A stretch of DNA of 60,583 nucleotides, filler included, from Stramenopiles sp. TOSAG23-2 (taxonomy: Eukaryota), in NCBI GenBank assembly GCA_900128395.1. It is 12 parts of 12 records of this genome, joined end to end, with 100 filler letters (N's around TTAATTAATTAA, not from the genome) between each part and the next. Parts side by side here need not be neighbours in the genome. Positions count along the whole stretch, not along the records: positions 23,073 to 29,255 come from LT650505.1; positions 29,356 to 35,537 come from LT650506.1; 10 more parts are not named here. One strand, 5' to 3'. Position numbers and translations under genes: made by a program. Under the pieces are notes generated by a model that worked only from the letters and a program-made list of their open reading frames with translations, was not told the origin of the DNA and did not search any database. Shown here one piece after another: positions 23,552 through 34,000 of the stretch; within the stretch, counting starts at the first letter, position 1, and the number at the start of each line of letters is the position of its first letter.

Positions 23552-25240
23552 TTAGTCCCAACTAGCAGCAATATGCTGTATCATAATACTGGCAGATGAT
23601 TCATTAGCAGCAAAAGGTGTATTGTGACGCTCCGCTAACCTTACAATTTCATCAATTTGATCGACGTTTCGCACCTTGTTAATACTTAATGCTCGATTAT
23701 TAATTGATGTACTACGAAAGATGACAAGTAGATTAGGTTTTGAAGTAGTAATTGTTTTGATAATTTGCTCATATGACATGTTTACACAATGTGGCAATTT
23801 GGCTGTCAATAGCTGATTTAAAGCACCCTCAACAAATGTAAAAATCAAACATCTTTTTAAGAATCCTAAGTGACCTTCAATATATTTTAGTAAATGCGTT
23901 CCTTTTCCTTTAATTGAACATAAAACAACAGTTGCCTGGATATTATGCGTATAATGCTGATCTTCCATTACTGCATGATTGCGTTTCGATTCATGCAATA
24001 ATTTTAATGGTATTTTTTCAACACTTGCAAAATGTTCACATGGTATTTTAAGGGTACATAAAGGACAACGAACAATTTTTGTGCGAGATTTTTTCTTGTT
24101 TTGATGCCCGATTGTGCCATGTTTCAAATGATGCATCACACGGGGTGAATTTGTAAATTGATGCAATATATGGGATCCACCTTTAGGTGGCTCGGGGGTC
24201 TTATAATGTTTCGCAAGATGCTCTTCCGTCATCATCAACGACTTAGGAACATCGTCGTCATAATCTGGTATTGTCATAGGTAGTGTTGATGATGTTATTT
24301 CATTGACATCGTAATCATATTTTTTATTATTTTCATTAGTGTGATGGTCTTTAATGGAACTGAAAAAGTCGTCAAAATGATCTTGCGAATGATCAGGAAC
24401 TTGATGTTTTGTGTGATCTGGAGTTGAATGAGCGGTAAAATTGTGCTGACCTGGTGTTGATGGTGTCGATATAGGACTTACAGAACCAAACAAACGCCCT
24501 TTCTCATCTACAACTTCTATCCCATCGTCAAATGAATTTATATTTACATTGTTTTTTCCATTATATCTGTGTTTATTATGATTTCGTTTCTTCTTATTAT
24601 TACTATTTATTTGTGCAACTAAATTATCATGCCCAACATGATTTCTTTTGTCCGTCTCTTCCGCTGTTATAATGGCTAAACGCCGCTTATGCACCCGGAG
24701 CCATTGTGCAACGATTAATATATCTTTCCGTAATTTAATCAACATGGCCGGTATTTTATTCATTATATCATCCCTTTTCCAACCTGTTAGGCGTTTTGCC
24801 CTGGACAGTGCTTGATTTGTTGCTGCTAGTGCATCTGAAGCATTTTTCATAATTTCTATAAATTCTTTTTCATGATTAATTTTATTCTCTTCAGCAAATT
24901 GCCGTACAGTGTCAATTAAACCTCGGCATTCTGTACATACGATATGGTGCCCCTTTAATTCAGCTGCTAATCGAGCCTTCTCCGCCCTTGCTGCCAATTT
25001 CTGATCTACTTGTAGTTGCGTTACACGAGCCTTTTTTTTCCTTGTTTTGTTTGCTCTATCTTGCATCGTGCTAGTCAACGCTGCAGCTTTAATAACCTTT
25101 TTGCCAGCCTTTTTTAGTAATCGTTTTCGTACATCTTCTTTTTTCTTCTCTGGTCCTGGCTCTATTGGTAAAACAGAAAGAACCTCTTCCTTCTCTGCAA
25201 CCTCTTCAACATCTAATGGGCTCTCTTTCTCCTCAGACAT
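23552..25240 (-). CDS. Hypothetical protein with a C-terminal degenerate methylglyoxal-synthase (MGS)-like domain
   Basis: LLVIFRS...IDEIVRLAERHNTPFAANESSASIMI resembles the MGS VIFFxD...LLRxxDVxNIPxATNxxTA region. A CPLCTLKIPCEH motif precedes it. Confidence 0.6.
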   Translation of the reverse strand: MSEEKESPLDVEEVAEKEEVLSVLPIEPGPEKKKEDVRKRLLKKAGKKVIKAAALTSTMQDRANKTRKKKARVTQLQVDQKLAARAEKARLAAELKGHHIVCTECRGLIDTVRQFAEENKINHEKEFIEIMKNASDALAATNQALSRAKRLTGWKRDDIMNKIPAMLIKLRKDILIVAQWLRVHKRRLAIITAEETDKRNHVGHDNLVAQINSNNKKKRNHNKHRYNGKNNVNINSFDDGIEVVDEKGRLFGSVSPISTPSTPGQHNFTAHSTPDHTKHQVPDHSQDHFDDFFSSIKDHHTNENNKKYDYDVNEITSSTLPMTIPDYDDDVPKSLMMTEEHLAKHYKTPEPPKGGSHILHQFTNSPRVMHHLKHGTIGHQNKKKSRTKIVRCPLCTLKIPCEHFASVEKIPLKLLHESKRNHAVMEDQHYTHNIQATVVLCSIKGKGTHLLKYIEGHLGFLKRCLIFTFVEGALNQLLTAKLPHCVNMSYEQIIKTITTSKPNLLVIFRSTSINNRALSINKVRNVDQIDEIVRLAERHNTPFAANESSASIMIQHIAASWD

Positions 25241-25308
25241 AGTTGTTGATTGAATTTAAATGATTTATTTTATGATAAAGTTATAAATTATAACATTTGT
25301 GTACTTCT

Positions 25309-25554
25309 ATGGATGAGCTCTGCTTAATGGTATTAGAAAAAGAAAAAGAAATCGAAAAATTAGCAAGTTTGAATAAAAAATTGAAAAGTAGGATTAGAGA
25401 CTTAAATAAAAAAGTCGAGTCATTAGAAACGTCATTGCTTGGAACAGACGCTATGAAGACATATAAAAAAGCAGAGAAAGATGTACAGTCATATTTAAGA
25501 CCAACAAAAAGCAGTGGTAGGAAAGAGAAGGTGGTTGTTTATTCCAAAAAGTAG
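25309..25554 (+). CDS. Small coiled-coil protein (81 aa)
   Basis: ATG at 25309 (MDELCLMVLEKEKEIEKL) with a heptad pattern. Confidence 0.55.
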   Translation: MDELCLMVLEKEKEIEKLASLNKKLKSRIRDLNKKVESLETSLLGTDAMKTYKKAEKDVQSYLRPTKSSGRKEKVVVYSKK

Positions 25555-25706
25555 CAATTAAAGATATGGTTTTTATATTTTTTGAAATTTTTGAAAGAGT
25601 TAAAATACTGCGCACACGTAAAATAAATAAAATATACTCGTAGATACTAGAAGCCGTATTTTTCCAATAATAATCTCTGAGCTTTTTTTTTGTCAGATTT
25701 GTGCAT

Positions 25707-28700
25707 TTAAAAAACCATATCCTTTTTCCCTTTCTTTTTCTCTTGTTTTCCAACAAATGATCTTCCTTTCCGTGCTTTAATGTTCCCTTCCTCTTTTTTA
25801 GCTGCTTCCAATGATAATGGATCTAATCGTTTCACGATTTTATTCAGCAAATGTTTTGAACTACCACCACCAAATACAGTTGGTACAGGGGCATTATCTC
25901 TACGAAATCCTAGTCCTCTGCCATAATATTTAGACCGATTACCCGGTATACGGTTTTTCACGCTGCCTTTTTTCTTTTTCTTTCCTTTCTTTCCTTTCTT
26001 ATTATTGTTGTCATTACTTATTTTAATATTAGATTTCATATTGTTGTATTTCTGTTGGATCGTATGATAATGATCTTGTCGTGGATAATTTTCCTTTTCA
26101 GTATTATAAATATTATTATAACTTTTATTGTTGGATCGATTAGATGTGAAACTGGTAGAGGTCGTATTTGTGTTTGCACTACTTGGTCTGAAATGTCTTC
26201 GTTGCAACAGGTTTTCCTCCATTTGAAAGGTATTTGTGTTATTGCTAATGTTATGTTGGAATTGCGATGCAGCAACGCTGTCGCCATTTCCCCCAACAAT
26301 GAAACTATTGCCAGTATTACCACGAAAAATATCACTATTATTGTTGTATGTATTAGCATCAACATTTTGATGACGACTACTGTGAAACGAGGACGAGGTG
26401 CTGATACTGGATTTAGGACTTCCATTATTAGTATAATATTGATTGTTACCATCATTATTATTGTCTGTATATTCACTATTATGTGTTGTACCAATTGAAC
26501 TTGCAATTTCACTGCCATCCCCGTCATTTGTATTAGGGCTCCCGCTAGTTGGCATACTACTACCATCTCGATATGTTGATGATGATCTTGCTGAATTCAT
26601 AGATTCAGCTTCGTCATCACTTCTATCAATATAAAATCGACTACTGCTATATTTAGTAGCATGCCTATGTTGCCGTATCGGTGTACGCGCTTGTGCGGAA
26701 ACAGGTCTTGATCGTTTTGAAATATTTTTGTTGCCGTCACTCGTATTTACATCGACACGATGTATATTAGCGTCAATGGAAAGTTTACTTGAACTGCGCA
26801 GCTTAGCAGAGGTTGGCCGTTTTTGTCGTTTATTATTATTAGAATTTCTAGATGTGATATCCGGCAATGGACCCAAGACGGAGCCGGATGTCGATAATTC
26901 ACCATGTATAGGTGGAGCATGAGTTGCGCTTAGCAAAGCATTTTTATCATAAATATCTTTATCCCCGCTGCCTTGATCATAATCACTGCTATTAACAGTA
27001 TCTTCTGATGTTGCACTTGTAGGACGCAACTTTTTATTCATACCATTTTTAGTACTGTTACTTCGATCAGTTGCTGCACTGTGGGGTCTTGAATTATTTC
27101 CAGTTAATGTTGAAAAAGATTTAAATGTATTTGCCGAGTTTGGTCTGCTATTATCACTACCACCATTAAGTATTGACGGTTCAACATTGTCCGGCCCTCG
27201 TATACTTGATGGTGCATTGGAGTAAGTAGCTGAGATAGGTCGTTGCGTGCTACTTTCATCATTATCCTCGGAGTATCCATCCGCATTATGGCCTTTATCT
27301 CGATATTTCCGCCCTTTCTGGATTGTAACTGGCACATATTTTTCAGGAAACGCAGCCGTTGCACTGACAGGCCGTCGAGTATTGTTGCTATTTGAATCAT
27401 CGATTTTGGCTGATTGTGATAATTCAATTTGTTTCTTTTTTTCTAATGTACGATCAGTGCCAGTTTGACCAAATGCAGCTAAGTACATTGGACCGGCAGA
27501 CTGTGGACGGTCAATATGATGAACGTGTTTATTTTTGTCTTTCTCATGGTTGTTTGCATTGAAAGTAAACGGCGAAGGATCGTTTTCAACTTGAGTTGCA
27601 TAATTTTGCATTAAATCTTTCGAGGCTGCTTTATTATTATTGAAAGGCATTTCAGCTGCACTATTATTATTATCACTATTTACATTGTTGTTGTTATATT
27701 TTTTGTATATATCGCCATAAGACGAATTTTCATTCAACACGATACTATTATCGTATTCATTTTGAAGGATACGACGCTCATTACCAACACGAACTCTATG
27801 TTTCCTTTGTTCTACTAATGCAGATGTACTTTTAATATTTCGATTAATCGCCATATACCTACTATTTATATTGCCACTATGGTTTTTTTTATTTACACTT
27901 TTTAACATATCATTTACAGACTTGGATCGTTCACTTTGTTGCTGCAATTCAGCTTCTTTCCGTTTATCATATTTTGCTACAATCATTGTATTGCTATTTG
28001 GGCGATAATTTTGACCAGAGTCAACCAATGTTCGAACTTGCAACACTCTTGCCGGTTTACGTTTCCTTGCATGTGTTACAACCATAGCACGATCAGCAGA
28101 AGTTGCTAATGGATTGCCAACTATCATCCGTGCCAACACAGCTTGAACTTGTAAAAGTTCATGCTCCACACGTTTATGTTCAATTTCCCACTCTAATGAT
28201 TCACGCCTTGCAATGGACAAATCACTTGCTAATTTTTCAACAACTTTTTCTAAATCTAATAAACATGAATCTTTACGTTGTGCTTCATCCTCTGATACAC
28301 GTACTAATTGTTCTGTACTCTTGACACCGACATTTAATACCTGTATCTCATGATCTTTCCGCAGCATCATACCTTTCAATCTCTTCACCTCGTCTTGAAA
28401 ATGTTTTGCCTGTGCTTTTACAGAGGCTAATTCACGCTCTGCATACGCACATTTATGTATGTAAATTGATTCTTTTGCCCTTGCTTGCCGTTCATTCAAC
28501 ATATTAACTTGACGTTGATGCGCCAAATGCCTTAAAACAGCAGCTTCTCTTTCCAACAATGCATTTTTTTGTGACAATTTTGTCACTAATCTCCGATTAC
28601 CTGTAGACATTTTTCGTTCAATATCTAAATGTCGTTCTAAACGTTTTACACGTTTTTCTAATATTACAACTTGTTCATCTAATGGGATTTGATTTTCCAA

Positions 28701-28982
28701 GCGCCTTTGCTCCTCTTCTAGCCTTAAACGTTCTTTTTCTGCTTTTCGTCTCTTTATTTCCAATTTTCGCTTATACCGTCGATCTTTTCTCATATCATTA
28801 CGCTTTCGTTTATCTTGTATTCTTTTCCTAATTTCTAACCTTTCTCTCATAGTAGAAGATTCTTTAATTTGTAAAGATGTATCTTCATCAGAATTTAATA
28901 TGGAATCATCTGAAATAGATGAAAGGGAACCAACATCCGAGTCATATTCGTCATCTGGAGGTTTTTTTGATTCTTTCGACAT
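25707..28982 (-). CDS. Coiled-coil/disordered protein with multiple RPxSA motifs
   Basis: 1091-aa ORF with an N-terminal coiled coil and nine RPxSA motifs in a low-complexity region. Confidence 0.8.
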   Translation of the reverse strand: MSKESKKPPDDEYDSDVGSLSSISDDSILNSDEDTSLQIKESSTMRERLEIRKRIQDKRKRNDMRKDRRYKRKLEIKRRKAEKERLRLEEEQRRLENQIPLDEQVVILEKRVKRLERHLDIERKMSTGNRRLVTKLSQKNALLEREAAVLRHLAHQRQVNMLNERQARAKESIYIHKCAYAERELASVKAQAKHFQDEVKRLKGMMLRKDHEIQVLNVGVKSTEQLVRVSEDEAQRKDSCLLDLEKVVEKLASDLSIARRESLEWEIEHKRVEHELLQVQAVLARMIVGNPLATSADRAMVVTHARKRKPARVLQVRTLVDSGQNYRPNSNTMIVAKYDKRKEAELQQQSERSKSVNDMLKSVNKKNHSGNINSRYMAINRNIKSTSALVEQRKHRVRVGNERRILQNEYDNSIVLNENSSYGDIYKKYNNNNVNSDNNNSAAEMPFNNNKAASKDLMQNYATQVENDPSPFTFNANNHEKDKNKHVHHIDRPQSAGPMYLAAFGQTGTDRTLEKKKQIELSQSAKIDDSNSNNTRRPVSATAAFPEKYVPVTIQKGRKYRDKGHNADGYSEDNDESSTQRPISATYSNAPSSIRGPDNVEPSILNGGSDNSRPNSANTFKSFSTLTGNNSRPHSAATDRSNSTKNGMNKKLRPTSATSEDTVNSSDYDQGSGDKDIYDKNALLSATHAPPIHGELSTSGSVLGPLPDITSRNSNNNKRQKRPTSAKLRSSSKLSIDANIHRVDVNTSDGNKNISKRSRPVSAQARTPIRQHRHATKYSSSRFYIDRSDDEAESMNSARSSSTYRDGSSMPTSGSPNTNDGDGSEIASSIGTTHNSEYTDNNNDGNNQYYTNNGSPKSSISTSSSFHSSRHQNVDANTYNNNSDIFRGNTGNSFIVGGNGDSVAASQFQHNISNNTNTFQMEENLLQRRHFRPSSANTNTTSTSFTSNRSNNKSYNNIYNTEKENYPRQDHYHTIQQKYNNMKSNIKISNDNNNKKGKKGKKKKKGSVKNRIPGNRSKYYGRGLGFRRDNAPVPTVFGGGSSKHLLNKIVKRLDPLSLEAAKKEEGNIKARKGRSFVGKQEKKKGKKDMVF

Positions 28983-29544
28983 GTTGTGGTGGTTGTATTT
29001 GTAAAGATAATATTTGATGCTTCTAATATCATTCTATGACATCTTTGTCGTTCTTTTCTCTATTTTGTTTTTATTATTTGTAACAAATATATATAAATTG
29101 TTTTGTTTTCAATAACTAACGGTCCGGTTTCCGGTTTGTTGTGCTTTCGTCTGTTATTTTTAAGGTGCTTATAAGACGTGTTGGCGACTTTTATACTTAA
29201 AGGTACTCAGGAAACCCCGCTATGCTATTCGCATATACAGTATGGCAGCGACAGCNNNNNNNNNNNNNNNNNNNNNNNNNNNNNNNNNNNNNNNNNNNNT
29301 TAATTAATTAANNNNNNNNNNNNNNNNNNNNNNNNNNNNNNNNNNNNNNNNNNNNTTAAAAAGTTGCAGCCACAAATACAACTGGACAGGCAGGATGATG
29401 GGACAATACAGATGTCTCAAAGGACGATACAGATGTCTCAAAGAAGGTTATAAGAGTGTTCATACCTTGTGTACACACTCGTATCATATCATATGTACTG
29501 TATTATAATATGTATATAGCGCTAATGATAGATATATAATATTT

Positions 29545-30051
29545 TTAGAAAAATAAAAATCTTCTTTTATTATTACCTCTTCTTTTTTTTCTTCTCTTCT
29601 TTTTAGGCTTTGTTGATGGAGCAATAGCAATTGGACTTGCTATGATTGGTTTTGGTTTTTGATATGGTTCATAATCTGATAATGAATAAATGTTATATGC
29701 ATGCCCTTTGCATGTCATACAATAATATGCTTCTCTTTTTACACCTTTATCCACTACGTCAATTTCATTCTCATTATTGTCTCCATCTTCATTATTATTG
29801 TTGTTGCTATTATTATTAATCGTAATGTATCCAGTTCCATCTACATAACAAGGGTATAATTGTTTTAAAGGGCGAGTATCTGAACATGCACAGCAACGCT
29901 TTGTTTGCCACATTTGACAATTATGCCCACATTTTTTCATCCATTCTGTTGGTTCTATTTCTGATGATTCTTCCGACGAATCATCATCATCTAATGTATT
30001 TGTGTCTATTTTATTCAACTTTTTCAACAAGTCTTTTGCTTTCTTAAACAT
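29545..30051 (-). CDS. Hypothetical Cys-rich putative Zn-binding protein with a basic C-terminus
   Basis: CGHNC...CCAC.D.RP...YVDG.G...YYCMTC; basic tail KKKRRKKRR. Confidence 0.65.
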   Translation of the reverse strand: MFKKAKDLLKKLNKIDTNTLDDDDSSEESSEIEPTEWMKKCGHNCQMWQTKRCCACSDTRPLKQLYPCYVDGTGYITINNNSNNNNNEDGDNNENEIDVVDKGVKREAYYCMTCKGHAYNIYSLSDYEPYQKPKPIIASPIAIAPSTKPKKKRRKKRRGNNKRRFLFF

Positions 30052-30654
30052 GTTTATGTCTGAATATATACAGACGACTATGTATGTTTGCTTGTGTTTG
30101 GATATATCGATAATCTTATCTTTCGAAAGTTAGTTTATTAATGTGTGTGTGTGTGTGTATTCTATTTAATACTAAGATATACAATGTTCTATATTTAATG
30201 ATTGATATCATTTGCAATAAATGAATCATCTCTTTTGTGTCGTTGTACACATTATTAAATGAATATACATGTGATATGTGATGTGACAAATATATATATG
30301 ATATTGTCTAATTCGGTACTGATAATAGTATATTTTACAAAAAAAGCCAATAGTGTGCTGTTTTATTTACATGTTAATGTGTTGTCTATAGCGCCTATCC
30401 TATCTTAAGGATTTGTCTTTCCACCCCGACACTTTTTCTTCTTCTTCTTATAGATCAGATTAAAAAGATACAAGTATAAATTTATATATGTAGAAGACAC
30501 GGCAATTATTACTATCACCAATCCCAAATAATATCCCAAAATATATAATTTACATTTTTATCAAATATATAGTTACAAATAAAATCATCAATTAATAATA
30601 GCAATAAGAATATATATATATATATACACGAAGAACAGTTTCACAACGATCGTC

Positions 30655-31773
30655 ATGGCCAAACCATCCTCATCAGCCACAACGCTTCAAATTAATGATT
30701 TATCAAAACAAATTGAAAAACCTTTACGTAAATTAACATATAATGAATTAGAAGCATTTAAAAATGATGGTGTTGCATGTTTAAAACAGGTTTTGCCAAC
30801 AAAATGGGTTAACGAATTATCCATAGCAGTTAATGCTCTCGCAAAAAAAAGAGGAGGAGGGGGCGATAAATTAACCGCCAGTGCTGCATTTTCATGGCTT
30901 GGTAATGATGATTATGCAAAAATTGTGTATAATTGTCCCACTGCGCATATTGGACAAGAAATTTTAAATCATATAAGTGATAAAAATGAAGGAGAAAACA
31001 AGCCAGTTAATTTTTTTTATGACCAAACCTTTGTAAAATTCCCTGGAAAAAAAGAGGCAATTTTAAATGCCTCTAATGTTTCAACACAAATCCCGGAAGG
31101 AACTTTGAAATATGAAGGAAACACTCCTCTTCACCAAGATATTACATTTTGGCCAGTCAAAGGGAAAGAAATAGTTTCTTTGTGGATACCTCTTGATCCG
31201 ATAGGAATTGATAATGGAGCGTTGGAATTTGTTCCAGGATCTCAAAAGACTAAAAAATTGTACAAAGCATATGGCGTTGAAGGTATCGAATTCCCATCTG
31301 GAAGCTTGGAAGACTTGCCAAACTTAAAATTAGTGACGCATGGATATAAATTGGAAGATGCAACAGACGGTATTTATTTTGATGTCGTTCCAGGTGATAT
31401 CATAGCGTTTGATACAACGATTTTACATGGTGCTCCAGCAAATTTCAATCCTACTGCACCGAGGAGAGCAATTGCACTTCGTTATTGTGGAAAGGATGTT
31501 GTTTTAGATAATTTAAAATATGGATTTGATACGGTATTTTCACCATTTGATGTGTTTGATACAGAGAAGACAAATGGTAGCAGAACGACAGGTTTTGTAT
31601 ATCCACAAGTCTTACCGAATAAAAATATGATTGAAATTAAGAAAAGGGTTGATTCTTATATTAAAGCTGATCCTACGCTAATGCAAAAATGGGCTACACG
31701 TATGAATAAAATTAATGAAAAAATAAAAGCTAATATGAATATGTTTGTAAAGAATGAGTCTGCAAAGTTGTAA
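30655..31773 (+). CDS. Phytanoyl-CoA dioxygenase (PhyH)-family Fe/2OG oxygenase, PTS1 (AKL)
   Basis: TPLHQD, WIPLD, NGALEFVPGS, PGD...LHGAPAN...RRAI. Confidence 0.9.
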   Translation: MAKPSSSATTLQINDLSKQIEKPLRKLTYNELEAFKNDGVACLKQVLPTKWVNELSIAVNALAKKRGGGGDKLTASAAFSWLGNDDYAKIVYNCPTAHIGQEILNHISDKNEGENKPVNFFYDQTFVKFPGKKEAILNASNVSTQIPEGTLKYEGNTPLHQDITFWPVKGKEIVSLWIPLDPIGIDNGALEFVPGSQKTKKLYKAYGVEGIEFPSGSLEDLPNLKLVTHGYKLEDATDGIYFDVVPGDIIAFDTTILHGAPANFNPTAPRRAIALRYCGKDVVLDNLKYGFDTVFSPFDVFDTEKTNGSRTTGFVYPQVLPNKNMIEIKKRVDSYIKADPTLMQKWATRMNKINEKIKANMNMFVKNESAKL

Positions 31774-31892
31774 AAATTTTGTATTAGAACCAAGAGTTCG
31801 TAAATAATCCCCAGTAATTACGAACCACAAAAAGAAAAAAATATACGGTATTAAAATACGAGTTCGTATTTTATCTATTTATCTATATATAC

Positions 31893-31998
31893 ACATTGCC
31901 TTCAGTTTTATTATATATCATATTATTCTTTTTGAAGAGTGTAGGAATTTGTCATGAGTGTAAATTAAAAAAATAAATTAATGCACGCGTAAATTATA
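31893..31998 (+). repeat. Repeat family 1, copy H
   Basis: ATTGCCTTCAGTT...TTCTTTTTGAAGAGTGTAGGAATTTGTCATGAGTGTAAATTAAAAAAATAAATTAATGCACGCGTAAATT matches 13147-13271 and the reverse complement of 13470-13566. Confidence 0.75.
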
Positions 31999-32233
31999 TA
32001 TGTACTCAAATTTATTAAAATATTTTTATTAATTTTTTCATGATGCATCATGTATAAATATATGCATAATATATCATATACGTTCGTACGAGTATTAAAA
32101 TATTAGTGTTAGGTTTTAAAAAAATACTGCGTACATTTCATAAAATACTGATATGATAATCATTATACACAGTACAAAATAACACACATCATCTCTCTCG
32201 CTAAAAACACATCTTCACATCCCAAGATTTTTT

Positions 32234-33844
32234 TTACCTTTTTATTCTAATATTTACACCTTTAGGTTCCGTCCAAGTAGACCGGTTACCACCTTTTTTG
32301 TGATAATATTTTTTCCCAGAAGTCACATCCAATTGTTCATGCCAGACTTCAACATTACTCATACCCATCTTCTTCTTCTTCTTCTTCTTTTTCTTCCTTT
32401 TTTCTTCGATATTTGTTACTTGAATATTTACACCTTTTGGTTCTGTCCACGTAGATCGATTTTCACCTTTCTTGTGATAATATTTTTTTCCAGAAGTCAC
32501 ATCCAATTGTTCATGCCAAACTTCAAAATGACTACCATCTTCATTATTTTTCTTACGGTGTCCTTGCATAGGATTATCGATAGATATCATTTCCATATCC
32601 ATTTTCTTCTTTTCCTCAACTTTCAACACAGAGGAACTTCTAATTTTCTCCTTCATATTACTTTTACGTGTACTATTTTTCAACAAATTTCGAAAATACA
32701 CAATTGGTAATAAGAAAAAAACAAAGCAACACAAAACCATAGTGATAAATGACATTATTGGAATGACATCATGAGCAAGTGTCTTATTGTCTTGAATTGC
32801 CAAGTTTGAACTTAAATATTGGGTCAATGCATATATAAAAGTGCAAAAAAATGTAAATAAACGAATAGGAAGTTTCCACATTTCGTCCTGAACAAATGGT
32901 TTTGCATATACATATGATATCGAGCAAAATAATGCAAGAAATATATACAAAACTAAATAGATATGTATATCATTCTCTGCGAAAATTTCATTACAAATTG
33001 CAGCAATGAAAATGACTCCCAACTCAAGTTGTCTAAAATAAAAATAATGTGGAAGATAACTATTTTTTAAAAAATATTTCCACATTGGTCGATTATCAAA
33101 TGCATTCTCCTCTTTTGAATACCAATTGGATACGTATTTATGGCGGACATATATAATGACTATGCAACTGATTATCGGAAATAAAATTATATGCAATATT
33201 CCTGATACAACACCAATCATGAATGTATGCATATGAATTCCCTTGTAGCATTCAACCAAGGAGTTACTAGCAAGAACATAGGTTTTACCTACGGTCGTAT
33301 TACCTTCCATATGCATTACTGGAACGCAATGTAATATTTTTACAACAAAATTACACACTAAAGTATAACTTATACAAAGTAACAGTGCTCCGCCATGTCG
33401 AAACTTATTTAATATTGAAATAGAGCAACATTTACAACAAATAGAACGTACTTTCTTTACCAAGCTAATTGTTTGAAACATGATGAAAAAAATGGAAATA
33501 GAACGTACTTTCTTTACCAAGCTAATTGTTTGAAACATGATGAAAAAAATGGAAACATAAAAAACTACTTTTTCACGCCAAAATGGACTTGCCATGCATT
33601 GTGGCGAGAGAGGACCAGCCACATCAAATTGAAAAATGGCTAAAAAACCAGCTAAATCGTTCATGTAAGTCGGCAATCTGCCTAATGACGCTCGACTGAC
33701 TTGTGATAATAGCGCTAACGATACACATAAATAGATCATAAATTCTTGTGCGCGGGCCCGACTTTCGCCGAATGAAATTTTTTCACCAATGCATCTATGC
33801 ATACCATATGAAATCAATGTAGTCAAAAAGAACACAAACAGCAA
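32234..33844 (-). CDS. Multi-pass (7TM-like) membrane protein with two C-terminal WW domains (5' truncated)
   Basis: Several hydrophobic helices. WHEQLDVTSGKKYYHKKGxNRSTWTEP occurs twice (WW signature). An internal ~57-bp duplication lies at ~33438-33555. Confidence 0.8.
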   Translation of the reverse strand: MLFVFFLTTLISYGMHRCIGEKISFGESRARAQEFMIYLCVSLALLSQVSRASLGRLPTYMNDLAGFLAIFQFDVAGPLSPQCMASPFWREKVVFYVSIFFIMFQTISLVKKVRSISIFFIMFQTISLVKKVRSICCKCCSISILNKFRHGGALLLCISYTLVCNFVVKILHCVPVMHMEGNTTVGKTYVLASNSLVECYKGIHMHTFMIGVVSGILHIILFPIISCIVIIYVRHKYVSNWYSKEENAFDNRPMWKYFLKNSYLPHYFYFRQLELGVIFIAAICNEIFAENDIHIYLVLYIFLALFCSISYVYAKPFVQDEMWKLPIRLFTFFCTFIYALTQYLSSNLAIQDNKTLAHDVIPIMSFITMVLCCFVFFLLPIVYFRNLLKNSTRKSNMKEKIRSSSVLKVEEKKKMDMEMISIDNPMQGHRKKNNEDGSHFEVWHEQLDVTSGKKYYHKKGENRSTWTEPKGVNIQVTNIEEKRKKKKKKKKKMGMSNVEVWHEQLDVTSGKKYYHKKGGNRSTWTEPKGVNIRIKR

Positions 33845-33899
33845 AACAGTTATATATGTGTTTTTCTCTTACTCAGTTATATATATTAATATATTATAA

Positions 33900-34000
33900 T
33901 ACATTGCCTTCAGTTATATTATACGAATATTCCTTTTGAAGAGTAGGAAGTTATCATGAGTAAATTAAAAAAATAAATTTAATATGCGTACAAATTAATA
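33900..34000 (+). repeat. Repeat family 1, copy I (counterpart of copy H in the duplicated segment)
   Basis: ATTGCCTTCAGTTAT...TTTTGAAGAGTAGGAAGTTATCATGAGTAAATTAAAAAAATAAATTTAATATGCGTA. Confidence 0.78.
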
